This document shows positions 51,501 through 60,946 of a stretch of 64,000 nt of DNA, piece by piece (positions within the stretch are counted from its first letter, which is position 1; the number at the start of each line of letters is the position of its first letter). The stretch spans positions 256,001-320,000 of the forward strand of contig CAXXXF010000003.1 of NCBI GenBank assembly GCA_963667175.2, read 5' to 3'. The stretch is from Candidatus Latescibacterota bacterium (lineage in GTDB: Bacteria > Latescibacterota > UBA2968 > GCA-2709665). The notes under the pieces were generated by a model. The model did not search any database. It was not told the origin of the DNA and saw only the letters and a program-made list of their open reading frames with translations. The position numbers were made by a program, and so were the translations under genes.

Positions 51501-51831
51501 TGTCGGCCAGCAGCAGCCGGGTCTCATCCGCGCCGACCGAGCCCGCCTCCAGCGCCAGGTTCATCGCGTCGACGTCCCGCTTGAGATCCAGAAGCGTCTT
51601 ACGGTTCTGTATCCGCAGGTCCTTGAGTATCTCCTCGAAGTGGCCAACGGGGGAACCCCTGGTCGGACGGGGCTTTTCGACGCGAAGAGACCGCCGCCCA
51701 TCCAACTTCAGATGGATGCTGTCCACCGGTCCTCCCATGCCCCGGACCCGCACGTCCAGCGAATCCCCATGCGCGGCATTCGCGCCTGCCAGTATCAGAT
51801 AGAACAAAACAACAGGTGTCACGGATCGCAT
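48505..51831 (-). CDS. TPR + degenerate GWxTD-like domain protein with long N-terminal extension
   Basis: Signal peptide MRSVTPVVLFYLILAGANAAHG; W.SRDPTP...N.RLAEHYRR; NDPGLIYIRHG; YFELYNL domain. Confidence 0.82.
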   Translation of the reverse strand: MRSVTPVVLFYLILAGANAAHGDSLDVRVRGMGGPVDSIHLKLDGRRSLRVEKPRPTRGSPVGHFEEILKDLRIQNRKTLLDLKRDVDAMNLALEAGSVGADETRLLLADIRMRRIDARVSLNLMGFMNRVAKDDDLSGRWSAPVHLIMPAPATPNVLVVNRTRGQMAADVWDTDTIRVVYVPAFSGFAKEAMPDENALERAADVTAEVSVYGAEAVAAAVEGLDEAQGGGMIGSITVVSVSDPAAAHAQPGATAADPPARGVLVFPSTMVPRPERLLLDGAEPVATRDLEGVRLIHLVDSDTLVRRLNANPGTRRTEFERATGPGTGVRPRRVPRQIRERGSSPAGAGGPPASRGTLAADPEGPAAYNQGIGMLAAGKLDEAKQRFEDAISEDDGYAPAYVGLGRTYLQQDAWEDAKYTLKRALKRAPESPSALMALSDVAMAEENWGDQKKWSGRILERDPDNPKALYRRAIAYREAGKFKGTVARWLDWRRSDRHFRQLLDKAPQYRDALYQYAVLKRYDKAFIEAVRLGENQVRRKPDEPVHRRRLRRLYLYFLDNTDPKDALKWMRRHGSEFARYFEGDALRLAGRTARADTVLRAWLASDPSLSVIPAYLSLARIAYGQEEVEKGEGYYNEAVESIRDSLDARLMYEDVKYIVSVEEMDAFSRLETQTSFREFFRKVWVSRDPTPAVFPNVRLAEHYRRILYAERYYIYDGFRTWFYDPDQGDDIPYPSTVELNDRFNDPGLIYIRHGRASDTQKFSMQEVWHYWKTDAFPKMVFNFVATPSSMGSNWRLVESLSGSGNYGARLRWENEKYRREARRSVETGLQTDRHSWKDDVDELDYESYLAYFKGEGGKGDVELYYGMPFKALKKDYNQLPDTSAVYEYGLSLHDLQWNRFENLTGYVRKAQVERSRYEDRSLGLLRLSTSPDSSHAAFFLRPLRGNRLGGWKQDVRIPHFSETDLEMSSVVPAHVIWPDVEGNEGFNVRGLNAVPNPSLRFSRKDPVYIYFELYNLTPDLRGTTSFDISYGLTRLKQRGVRRLLRIFGSGKKPATTVSVSQLGDTPDTREYRSLDLSKAGSGEFLLTVRVRDNHAGAEREKTVELVLE

Positions 51832-51836
51832 AGCCG

Positions 51837-52310
51837 CTATCTCCACTGTTGCTCCAGTTCAGCTTCCATTTCCAGGATTGACGCCTTGATCTGCGCCAGT
51901 TCCTTCCGAACGGGCGCGGAACTTCCGTTTCCGGTGGGATAAACCGGTCCGTACATCTCCAATCCCCAGATCGCGAGCATCAAGGCGGCGGCCACCGCCG
52001 CCGGCGCGAGCACCCCGCGGGGAATCCTGTCGGCCAGGTCCGACGGGCGCCATGGATTGCGCCCCGGCCTCGCGGGCAGTCGTTCCGACAGGCTGTCCCA
52101 GAACCCCGCCGGGACCGTTTCGTTCCCCACGGTCGCCGCAAAGTGGCGCCGGACCGCGTCGTCGCTCTGGCGCAGTCGCTCAAAAGCCCGCGCGCAATCC
52201 ATGCACCGCGCCGCGTGAGACCGCATCGCCTCTTCCTCAATCGGGGACAAATCGCCGTCCAGATAGATGTGCATCCGCCTTCTGGTTTCACGACACGCAA
52301 GATTCGGCAT
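51837..52310 (-). CDS. Zinc-finger (zf-HC2/ZAS) transmembrane anti-sigma factor
   Basis: YLDGDL...HAARCMDC (HxxxCxxC), followed by one TM helix; directly downstream of the ECF sigma gene. Confidence 0.9.
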   Translation of the reverse strand: MPNLACRETRRRMHIYLDGDLSPIEEEAMRSHAARCMDCARAFERLRQSDDAVRRHFAATVGNETVPAGFWDSLSERLPARPGRNPWRPSDLADRIPRGVLAPAAVAAALMLAIWGLEMYGPVYPTGNGSSAPVRKELAQIKASILEMEAELEQQWR

Positions 52311-52333
52311 GTTGCAACCCTTTCTCGTTTCGA

Positions 52334-52894
52334 TCAATCCAACAGACCCTGTCTCTCGATCTCTTTCTGCAATTTTTCTCTGGCACGGTACAGACGGGAC
52401 TTTACCGTACCCTCGGGAACGTTGAGGATTTCCGCAACTTCACTGCATGTAAGTTCCTGCAGATAGGTCAACACCACAACCTCGTGGAGCTTACCCGGCA
52501 GCCGATCGATGATCGACCGCAGGCGAATCCGCGCGTCTCGCTTCGCAAACACGGCGTCTGGCGCTTCCGTCGCGGCGGAGGCCAGACCTCCGAACCAGGA
52601 GGGGGGGGTCAGTCGCTCGAGGCGCCGACGCCGGCGCCGACGCCGCGCGTTCAATGCGGTTCGAACCGCGATCCGGTAAAGCCAGGCCTGAAACGGAACC
52701 TGCCCCGAAAACGAACCCAGTCCCCGGAAGGTCCGAACAAAGGCGTCCTGGGCCGCTTCTTCCGCCTCTTCGCGACTGCCCAGAACCGAAAGCGCAACGC
52801 GGAAGACAAAGTCCTGGTGGGGTTCGATCAGCCTCCGGAACGCGTCCCGATTTCCCGAAAGACACTGCTGGATCAGGTCCCGCTCCTGGGGCAT
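52334..52894 (-). CDS. ECF RNA polymerase sigma-70 factor
   Basis: AEEAAQDAF, FQAWLYRIA (region 2), EVAEILNVPEGTVKSRLYRAR (region 4); ATG 52894 after GGAG. Confidence 0.93.
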   Translation of the reverse strand: MPQERDLIQQCLSGNRDAFRRLIEPHQDFVFRVALSVLGSREEAEEAAQDAFVRTFRGLGSFSGQVPFQAWLYRIAVRTALNARRRRRRRRLERLTPPSWFGGLASAATEAPDAVFAKRDARIRLRSIIDRLPGKLHEVVVLTYLQELTCSEVAEILNVPEGTVKSRLYRAREKLQKEIERQGLLD

Positions 52895-53272
52895 TGTGGA
52901 CTCCGGCGTCTTGGCCTGCTGATGAATCGCGATCGTGAAATGCCTTTGTAGTTCTGCGGATAACACTTTTTTTCCCTGAACCGGCGGAGGACGGAAGCGC
53001 TGATTGCCATGTCTCACAACCTGCAAGACACGGCTTCTGTCGAACAGGTTCGATAAAATTTCACCAGTTTCGGTCAAAAAGCAACCACTATCACGGGGAA
53101 GCGAGACACGTGCGATTCCTGTATGCGCGTGGGAGGATGGGTCTCGCTGTCCACCGCCGAATAATCCCTTGACGCGTCGGGTCCATGTTCCTACTTTTTT
53201 GACGTGGCGGCCTGAGAAAACGGGAATCGCGCCCGCCCTGAGCTTTCTCACCATCTTCACGGAGATTATACG

Positions 53273-54643
53273 ATGCCGGATCCGAAATACCTTCTCGACG
53301 ACAGGAAGATGCAGGAATTCATCGCCAATGGATTCATCACGATCAAGGTCGACCTCCCGCCCGGGTTCCACGAGGAAATCTACAGGAAGACCGACGAAGT
53401 GTTCCGGAAGGAAGGGAACCCCGGCAACAACGTCCTGCCGCGCATTCCCGAAATCCAGACCGTTTTCGACCAGCCCGAAGTCCGGGGCGCGTTTTCGTCG
53501 ATCCTCGGGCGCGACCATACCATGCACGTCCACCGCCACTGCCACTTCAACGTGCCCAACGGCAAGGGTGGGGGATGGCACAAAGACAGCTACTGGGGCT
53601 ACTATAAGCTGCGTTACCTCCGCAACCGGTGGGCGATGGCGTTTTACTACCCGCAGGACGTGGAGCTCGAGAACGGGCCAACGGGCGTTATCCCCCACAC
53701 GCACTGCTACGTGGACCGGCTGAAGGACCCGGACGAGGCCGGAATTTCCGTTTGCGGCGAAGCGGGAACGATCGCGATCGTCCACTTCGACATCTGGCAC
53801 CGGGCCATGCCCAACCTGGCGGACAAGCGGCGGTATATGATGAAATTCCAGTTCACGCGGATGTCCGAGCCCACGCAGCCGGATTGGAACCACAATGACG
53901 GCGCCTGGCGCAACGCGGACGTCGGAAACCGGCACCCGTTCGTATGGAACAGCATCTGGGAATGGTCTCGAGGCGGGAACGCCAACGGCCACGCGGGCAA
54001 CGTGGCCGCGCTTGCGCGGACCCTTCAGGACGGCGACGAGCCCGCCCGGCTCAACGCGGCATACGAGCTCGCTGCGACGGGCGAACAGGCTGTCGGACCG
54101 CTTTCGCGCGCCCTTCGTTCGGCCGACGACGGCGTCAAACTCCACGCCGCGTACGGTCTGGCTGCCGTGGGAGAACCCGCCGTTTCCGATCTCGTCGCCG
54201 CGCTCGGAGATGACGATGAAAAGGTGCGCGGTCACGCCGCCTTCGCGCTGGGCGATGCCGGTCCCGCCGCGGCCGGGGCGGTGTCCGCCCTTGCAGGCGC
54301 GATCAACGATCCCTCCGAATGGGTGCGCCACCACGCGGCCGAGGCCATGGGTACCATCGCCCGCGACCCGGACGAGGCCGTGCCCGCTCTGGCAAACGCG
54401 TTGAAAGACGACGACGGCCAGGTCCGTTACAACGCGGCGTATTCCCTGGCGCGGTTCGGGTCAGACGCCGAAGCGGCCGTCCCGGCTCTCGGCGAAGCCC
54501 TGGAGGACGAAAATCGATACGCGTCGGGGCACGCGGCGGTGGCGCTGGAGTATATCGGCACGCCCGGAGCGCTCAACATCCTCCTGGACCATCTCGCCAC
54601 GGCCCGGTGGTGCCCCATCACCACGCGCGAGGACCTTTATTAA
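53273..54643 (+). CDS. PhyH-like Fe(II)/2-oxoglutarate dioxygenase fused to HEAT/PBS-lyase repeats
   Basis: WHKD ... WHRA facial triad, NGPT.VIP; C-terminal L.D.D..VR..AA.AL repeats. Confidence 0.9.
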   Translation: MPDPKYLLDDRKMQEFIANGFITIKVDLPPGFHEEIYRKTDEVFRKEGNPGNNVLPRIPEIQTVFDQPEVRGAFSSILGRDHTMHVHRHCHFNVPNGKGGGWHKDSYWGYYKLRYLRNRWAMAFYYPQDVELENGPTGVIPHTHCYVDRLKDPDEAGISVCGEAGTIAIVHFDIWHRAMPNLADKRRYMMKFQFTRMSEPTQPDWNHNDGAWRNADVGNRHPFVWNSIWEWSRGGNANGHAGNVAALARTLQDGDEPARLNAAYELAATGEQAVGPLSRALRSADDGVKLHAAYGLAAVGEPAVSDLVAALGDDDEKVRGHAAFALGDAGPAAAGAVSALAGAINDPSEWVRHHAAEAMGTIARDPDEAVPALANALKDDDGQVRYNAAYSLARFGSDAEAAVPALGEALEDENRYASGHAAVALEYIGTPGALNILLDHLATARWCPITTREDLY

Positions 54644-54773
54644 GTACTCTCCGCGCCGTCGTTTCGTTTGTAGGGGCAACCCTTGTGGTTGCCCGCATTG
54701 ACGTCGATTGTTTCGCTTTTCTCTGTGTCTTCGTGTCTTTGTGTGAGTGGTGTTTTCCGGATCGGTTCTGGCT

Positions 54774-55901
54774 ATGACAACCGACTTCTGCAAACTGATT
54801 TCCAGTCTCGCCGCGCTGATTCTCTTCTCGGCCTGCGGAGGCAAGGAAACGCCCCCTGCCTCCGATCCGGCGCCTGCCGAACCGACGGGCGGACGGGACG
54901 TGAGCAACCGCGCGCTGCTATCCGACGACAACTTCGGGGCGGACGCGAATCCCACCGGCAATCCCATCGGCGGCGGCGAGGGCTACGATCAGCTGGTGGT
55001 GGAGTACGACTATCTGGTTACAAATCGCGCGGAACTTCTGGACGCGCTCACGAAGGCGACCGGGGGGCAGGTGGTCTACGTGGCGGACACCGCCAGGGTG
55101 GACCTGACGGGCGACACGGATATCGAAATCCGGGCGGGCGTTACGCTGGCCAGCGGCCGGGGCAAGTCCGATTCCGAGGGGGGCCTTATCTTCTCAGAAC
55201 AACTGGATACGGCCCCTCTGTTTGTCGCCAGCGGTCCCGACGTCCGCCTTACCGGCCTCAGGCTGGAGGGACCGGACTCGATGCGGCGCACGGAACAGAT
55301 GAAACAGCTCCTGTCTGAAGGGCGGTATTACAGCATCCCCAACTCCAGGGCCATCGAGACCTTCCAGCCCAGGCTGGAAGTGGACAACTGCGAACTCTGG
55401 GGCTGGAGCCACGGCGCGATCTTCCTCCGGCGGAATTCCACGGACAACCATATCCACCACAACTACATCCATCACAATCAGCGCCACGGTCTCGGGTACG
55501 GCGTGGTGATGGACGATTCCGAGGCGCTCATCGAAGCCAACCTGTTCGACTGGTGCCGGCACCACATTGCCGGCACCGGCAGGCCGAACACCAGCTACGA
55601 GGCCAGATACAACATGGTTCTGGAGAACGCCAACAGCCACAGCTTCGACATGCACGGCGGCCGGGACCGGGACGACGGAACGGACGTCGCAGGAAACCTC
55701 ATTCTCATTCACCACAACACGTTTCTGGCCGTGGACGTGGAGGCGGTGGTCATCCGGGGCATACCGCGGGATATCTGCGACGTCTACAACAACTGGTTTA
55801 TCCACTGGCTCCCGGCAACGGCGATCAGACAGGTCTACGCCACGGGAAACATGAGAAACTACTCCAACCAGTACACGCACACCCGGGTCGTGAAGGACTG
55901 A
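54774..55901 (+). CDS. Lipoprotein with right-handed parallel beta-helix (pectin lyase-like)
   Basis: Lipobox FSAC; beta-helix ladders IHHNYIHHN, IEANLF, IHHNTF. Confidence 0.8.
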   Translation: MTTDFCKLISSLAALILFSACGGKETPPASDPAPAEPTGGRDVSNRALLSDDNFGADANPTGNPIGGGEGYDQLVVEYDYLVTNRAELLDALTKATGGQVVYVADTARVDLTGDTDIEIRAGVTLASGRGKSDSEGGLIFSEQLDTAPLFVASGPDVRLTGLRLEGPDSMRRTEQMKQLLSEGRYYSIPNSRAIETFQPRLEVDNCELWGWSHGAIFLRRNSTDNHIHHNYIHHNQRHGLGYGVVMDDSEALIEANLFDWCRHHIAGTGRPNTSYEARYNMVLENANSHSFDMHGGRDRDDGTDVAGNLILIHHNTFLAVDVEAVVIRGIPRDICDVYNNWFIHWLPATAIRQVYATGNMRNYSNQYTHTRVVKD

Positions 55902-55936
55902 GCGAACCACGCGTTGTCGCGAAAGGAGTCCGGCGA

Positions 55937-56389
55937 ATGCCGAAGCAGTGGAAGGTATACCTGGCCGGCGAAATCCACAGCGACTGGCGGGACCGGATCA
56001 TCAGCGGCGCCGCGGAGAAGGAACTTCCTGTTGCGTTCACGACGGCGGTCACGGACCACGCGGCGAGCGACAACTGCGGCGTGGATATCCTCGGCCCGGA
56101 GGACTCCTCGTTCTGGAAGGACCACAAGGGCGCGAAGATCAATGCCATCCGGACGCGAACGCTCATTGGCGACGCCGATATCGCGGTCGTGCGCTTCGGA
56201 GACAAATACCGTCAGTGGAACGCGGCGTTCGACGCGGGGTTCGCAGCGGCTCTCGGCAAACCCGTTGTCGTGATTCACGATTCTGCGAATGCTCACGCGC
56301 TGAAGGAGGTCGACGCGGCCGCGATGGCGGTGGCGGAGACGCCCGAACAGGTCGTGGACGTGCTCGCCTACGTGACCCGCGGAACCTGA
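55937..56389 (+). CDS. YtoQ family protein (nucleoside 2-deoxyribosyltransferase-like)
   Basis: VYLAGEIHSDWR, RFGDKYRQWNAAFDAG, HALKEVDA; AAGGAG RBS. Confidence 0.92.
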   Translation: MPKQWKVYLAGEIHSDWRDRIISGAAEKELPVAFTTAVTDHAASDNCGVDILGPEDSSFWKDHKGAKINAIRTRTLIGDADIAVVRFGDKYRQWNAAFDAGFAAALGKPVVVIHDSANAHALKEVDAAAMAVAETPEQVVDVLAYVTRGT

Positions 56390-56450
56390 ATGGCGCGGTC
56401 CACGCGCGTAGTCCACCCTGGATCCCGCATGCTGCCGCATAAAAATCCCC

Positions 56451-56479
56451 TTGAAAGATGAACAAAGATGCACTATATT
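56451..56479 (+). promoter_or_regulatory. Sigma-70-type promoter upstream of parE
   Basis: TTGAAA-N17-TATATT. Confidence 0.6.
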
Positions 56480-56627
56480 ATAGTGCTGGCTTTCCCCTTT
56501 ATTTCCCCGTAGTTATGCTCTTGACAGGCCCCGTTCCGTCCTGATCCCGCGTCAGGCGCCCAGGTCTCCCCTTTCGCATCATCGCCGCGCGGGATTGCGC
56601 GTTCCAGCGATCCCGAAAAGGTGTGCT

Positions 56628-58529
56628 ATGCCCGAAACCAGACCGACAATCCGGAATGCGAGTCAGCTGTCGCTTTCCATCAACGGGAAACCCGCCTCCA
56701 CCCCGAGGTCCACCCGCAAGCGCAAGAATGGCGCATCGCCGGAACACGGGTACGACGAGTCCAAGGTCAAGACGCTCAGCTCGCTGGAGCACATCCGCCT
56801 CCGCACCGGAATGTACATCGGCCGGCTCGGCGACGGGTCCAATCCGGACGACGGCATCTACGTGCTGCTCAAGGAAGTCATCGACAACGCCGTCGACGAA
56901 TTCATCATGGGCTACGGAAAGAAGATCGACGTCAGCATCGAAGAAAACCGGGTCCGGGTCCGGGACTACGGCCGCGGCATTCCGCTGGGCAAGGTGATCG
57001 ACTGCGTTTCAATCATCAATACAGGCGCCAAGTACAACGACGACGTGTTCCAGTTCAGCGTGGGCCTGAACGGCGTGGGCACCAAGGCCGTGAATGCCCT
57101 TTCCTCGGACTTCCGGGCGGTTGCGTTCAGGGACGGCAGTTTCTTCGAAGCGCGTTTCGAACGCGGCCGTCTGAAAGAGAAAATCGAGGGCCGGAAACCC
57201 GGCGAACCCGACGGGTCCTGTTTCGAGTTCCTGCCCGATGTACAGATTTTCGGCGAAGACTTCGCGTTCAATTTCGATTTCGTCCGGCATCGCCTGTGGA
57301 ACTACGCCTGTCTGAACAGCGGGCTTTCGCTCGTTTTCAACAAGGAGCGATTCGTATCCAGGCACGGATTGCTGGACTTCCTTAGCCGCGAAGTCGGCGA
57401 GACGGCCCTTTACGAACCGTTGTATCACAAGTCCCAATACCTCGAGTTTGCGTTCAGCCACACGGTCAGCTATGGCGAAACGTACTTCTCTTTCGTCAAC
57501 GGCCAGCACACCAGCGACGGCGGCGCCCACCAGAGCGCCTTTCGCGAGGGCATCCTCAAGGGCGTGAACGAATTCTACAAGAAGAACTACAACGGCATCG
57601 ACGTTCGTGAGAGCATCTCCGGCGCCGTATCGGTCAAGCTCAAGGCGCCTGTTTTCGAGTCGCAGACCAAGAACAAACTGGGGAATACGGACATTCGGGG
57701 ATGGATTGTCTCGGAGGTCAAGAGCGCCGTGGTCGACCTCCTTCACAAGAACCAGACCGCGGCCCGGCGCCTGTCCGAGAAAATCGCCCAGAACGAAAAA
57801 TTGAGAAAGGAACTCAACGCCGTCAAGAAAGAGGCCAAGGAGGCCGCGCGGAAGATCGCAATCAAGATTCCGCACTTCAAAGACTGCAAGTTCCACCTGG
57901 GCCACAAGAAGCACGGCGAAGACTCAACCATCTTCATTACCGAGGGCCCTTCGGCGGCGGGGTCCATGGTTTCCGCGCGCGACGTCTATTCCCAGGCCAT
58001 CTTCGGCCTTAAGGGCGTTCCGCTGAACGTCTTCGGCAAGAACAAAGCCGCAGTGTACAAGAACGAGGAGCTCTACAACCTGATGATGGCGTTGGGCATC
58101 GAAGACAACATCGAAAACCTGCGCTTCAACAGGATTGTCATCGCCACCGACGCCGACCACGACGGTTACCACATTCGCTATCTGCTCCTCACCTATTTCC
58201 TGAATTACTTCGAAGAACTCGTGCTCGCGGGACACCTCTATATTCTCGAAACCCCGCTCTTCCGCGTCCGGAACGGCAAGGTCACCCGGTACTGCTACAA
58301 CAATAAGGAACGGGACAGCGCCCTGGAGGAGGTAAAGAACCCTGAGATCACCCGCTTCAAGGGCCTCGGGGAGATCTCGCCGAAGGAATTCGGTCAGTTC
58401 ATCGGCGACGATATGCGGCTGGTCAAAGTCAACATCAGGTCCATCTCCGAAATCGCCGATACGCTCAGCTTCTACATGGGCAAGAACACCCCCGAACGCA
58501 GGGACTACATCATCGATAACCTGATCTGA
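56628..58529 (+). CDS. parE: Type IIA topoisomerase B subunit (topoisomerase IV subunit B)
   Basis: EHIRLRTGMYIG, EVIDNAVDE, GRGIP, GLNGVG, TDADHDG, RFKGLGE. Confidence 0.9.
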   Translation: MPETRPTIRNASQLSLSINGKPASTPRSTRKRKNGASPEHGYDESKVKTLSSLEHIRLRTGMYIGRLGDGSNPDDGIYVLLKEVIDNAVDEFIMGYGKKIDVSIEENRVRVRDYGRGIPLGKVIDCVSIINTGAKYNDDVFQFSVGLNGVGTKAVNALSSDFRAVAFRDGSFFEARFERGRLKEKIEGRKPGEPDGSCFEFLPDVQIFGEDFAFNFDFVRHRLWNYACLNSGLSLVFNKERFVSRHGLLDFLSREVGETALYEPLYHKSQYLEFAFSHTVSYGETYFSFVNGQHTSDGGAHQSAFREGILKGVNEFYKKNYNGIDVRESISGAVSVKLKAPVFESQTKNKLGNTDIRGWIVSEVKSAVVDLLHKNQTAARRLSEKIAQNEKLRKELNAVKKEAKEAARKIAIKIPHFKDCKFHLGHKKHGEDSTIFITEGPSAAGSMVSARDVYSQAIFGLKGVPLNVFGKNKAAVYKNEELYNLMMALGIEDNIENLRFNRIVIATDADHDGYHIRYLLLTYFLNYFEELVLAGHLYILETPLFRVRNGKVTRYCYNNKERDSALEEVKNPEITRFKGLGEISPKEFGQFIGDDMRLVKVNIRSISEIADTLSFYMGKNTPERRDYIIDNLI

Positions 58530-58967
58530 ACACCGGGTCAGTGTTCGGTCTCGGAAATAAGTTGCCTGAATTCGGCCGGAGAAAAGCAGCAATCAGCTAT
58601 CAGCACTCAGCCGTCAGCGAAAATCAAAAGCAAAAATCAGCTCACACAAAGACACGAAGACACGAAGAAAATCAAAACAGCTATCAGCGGTCAGCATTCG
58701 GCAATCAGCTTGAAGCAAGAACGAAAGTCAAAAACACAGAACGTCGAAATCCGCGGCGTCTGAGCGGCCTGCCTGCGCCGAAGCCTGCTCGGCAGGCAGG
58801 CGCGGTTCTTTTTGGTCCTTTTTCTTACGCGCTATAAGAAAAAGGACGAAGAAGAAAAAAGAAACGGGAGAGGTAAAGTTCGGGACCGCCCGGAACGCAG
58901 TTTCAGTGCGTGTTCTTCCGGCGACAGGCGACGACCTGTTGATGCAGTAAGTGAAGAGGGAAAAACC

Positions 58968-60857
58968 GTGGCATACGTCGACACGTTGTACGAAGAGTAC
59001 TATCTCGAATTCGCCTCCTATTCCATCAAGAACCGGGCAATTCCCAGTATTGACGACGGCTTCAAACCGGTCCAGCGGCGCATTCTGCATGCCCTCCATG
59101 AGATGGACGACGGCAAGTACCACAAGGTCGCCAACGTCGTGGGCCAGACCATGCGGTACCATCCCCACGGTGATCTCTCGATCTTCGGCGCCCTGGTGAA
59201 CCTGGCCAACAAGGAGCTGTTCATCGACAGGCAGGGCAACTTCGGCAACGTCTTCACCGGCGACGAGGCCTCCGCCGCCCGGTATATCGAATGCCGCCTC
59301 ACGCCGCTCGCACGCGAGGTTCTCTTCAACCCGGAGACAACCGAATTCGAGGATTCTTACGACGGCCGCAACCGGGAGCCGCTCGCTTTTCCCGCGAAGA
59401 TCCCCGTCCTGCTCGCCATAGGCTCGGAGGGCATCGCAGCCGGGATGACCACCCGGATTCTCCCGCACAACCTCGTCGAACTGCTCGAGGCGCAGATTGC
59501 CTGCCTTCAGGACAGACCCTTCCGGATTCACCCCGACTTTCTCACCGGCGGGCTGGCGGACGTCTCGCAATATGACGACGGCAACGGGAAGGTCCTGGCC
59601 CGCGCCAAACTGGACACCCGGGATCCGAAACGCATCGTCGTGCGGGAACTGCCCTACGGAACGACAACCGAAACCCTCATTGCCTCCATTGAAGACGCGG
59701 TCAAAAAAGGCAAACTGAAAATTTCCGGCATCAGCGACTATACGACCGATCAGGTGGAAATCGAGATTCAACTCGCCCGCGGCGTGCATACCAAAGATAC
59801 GATCCACGCACTGTACGCATTTACGGACTGTGAAACGTCGATCGCGGCGAATCTGCTGGTGATTCGGGACAACCGGCCGCAGATTACCACAGTGACCGAA
59901 GTGATCGAATACAACACGAGCCGCCTGGTCGACCTTCTCAAGGCCGAACTCAAACTCGAAGAACGCCGGCTTAAAGCGCGGCATCACGCAAAAACGCTCG
60001 AGCAGATCTTCATCGAAAACCGGATTTACAAGCGCATCGAAGACGAGACCACCGCCGAGGACGTCTACCGTGCCGTGTTCGACGGTCTGGAACCGTTCCG
60101 AGAGCACATCAGGGCGGAAGTATCGCGGGAGGACGTGGAGAACCTGCTCAAAATCCCGATCCGGCGGATCTCACTCTACGATATCAACAAGGCCCAGGAG
60201 GAGATGCAGGAAATCCGCGGACGCCTCAGGGAGGTCCGGGCGAACCTGCGCGGCATCCAGGCCTTCGCCATTGCGTTTCTCCAGGACGTCATCGAGAAAT
60301 ATCGCAACGATCACCCCCGAAGAACAGAGATTGCGAGCATCCAGAAAGTTGACGTCCGGGAGGCCGCGCAGCGCAATCTCAAGCTGCGCTACGACAAGAG
60401 CACCGGTTACCTTGGCCACGAGGTCAACGGCGCCGCCCTTTTCGACGTGTCCCCGTACGACCGTGTCCTGGTGATCCGAAAGTCCGGAACGTACTCCGTG
60501 GTGGACGCGCCCGAAAAGCTCTTCGTGGACAAAGGCATGCTTTTCTGCGGCTTCGTGGACGAAAGTCGCGTCTACAATATTCTCTACAAGGAAAACAGGA
60601 CCGGATATCTCTACGTCAAACGGTGCAAGATCGGCAAGTTCATCCTGAACCGGGGGTACGAACTGGCGCCCGAGGGTTGCCGGATCCTGAAACTCACGAC
60701 CAAAAGCGACCGTAAAATCCGGGTCCACTTCAAGCCCAAACCCCGCGTGAGGATCACCGAAGAGGATTTCGCAATAGGGGACTATCCCGTTCGCGGCAAC
60801 AAAGCCAGGGGCATTCGCCTGGCCGCCCGCGAAGTCCAATCCGTCAAGTTCATTTGA
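58968..60857 (+). CDS. parC: Type IIA topoisomerase A subunit (short ParC type)
   Basis: GTG start after GAGGG; RAIP..DDGFKPVQRRIL, YHPHGD, catalytic AARYIE; short CTD and no GyrA box seen. Confidence 0.9.
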   Translation: MAYVDTLYEEYYLEFASYSIKNRAIPSIDDGFKPVQRRILHALHEMDDGKYHKVANVVGQTMRYHPHGDLSIFGALVNLANKELFIDRQGNFGNVFTGDEASAARYIECRLTPLAREVLFNPETTEFEDSYDGRNREPLAFPAKIPVLLAIGSEGIAAGMTTRILPHNLVELLEAQIACLQDRPFRIHPDFLTGGLADVSQYDDGNGKVLARAKLDTRDPKRIVVRELPYGTTTETLIASIEDAVKKGKLKISGISDYTTDQVEIEIQLARGVHTKDTIHALYAFTDCETSIAANLLVIRDNRPQITTVTEVIEYNTSRLVDLLKAELKLEERRLKARHHAKTLEQIFIENRIYKRIEDETTAEDVYRAVFDGLEPFREHIRAEVSREDVENLLKIPIRRISLYDINKAQEEMQEIRGRLREVRANLRGIQAFAIAFLQDVIEKYRNDHPRRTEIASIQKVDVREAAQRNLKLRYDKSTGYLGHEVNGAALFDVSPYDRVLVIRKSGTYSVVDAPEKLFVDKGMLFCGFVDESRVYNILYKENRTGYLYVKRCKIGKFILNRGYELAPEGCRILKLTTKSDRKIRVHFKPKPRVRITEEDFAIGDYPVRGNKARGIRLAAREVQSVKFI

Positions 60858-60946
60858 TCCCGATCACGGGGTCAAATCGGGAAGTATCAAAGCGGCCGGA
60901 GGCGCATCCGTCAGCATCTTTCCGCGCCACGGAGAAAGAAGGCTGT

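Noticed and set aside
52895-54334. Apparent 666-aa extended ECF sigma factor
   Set aside because: The extension is largely antisense to the PhyH-HEAT gene; an RBS and ATG at 52894 give a normal-sized ECF.
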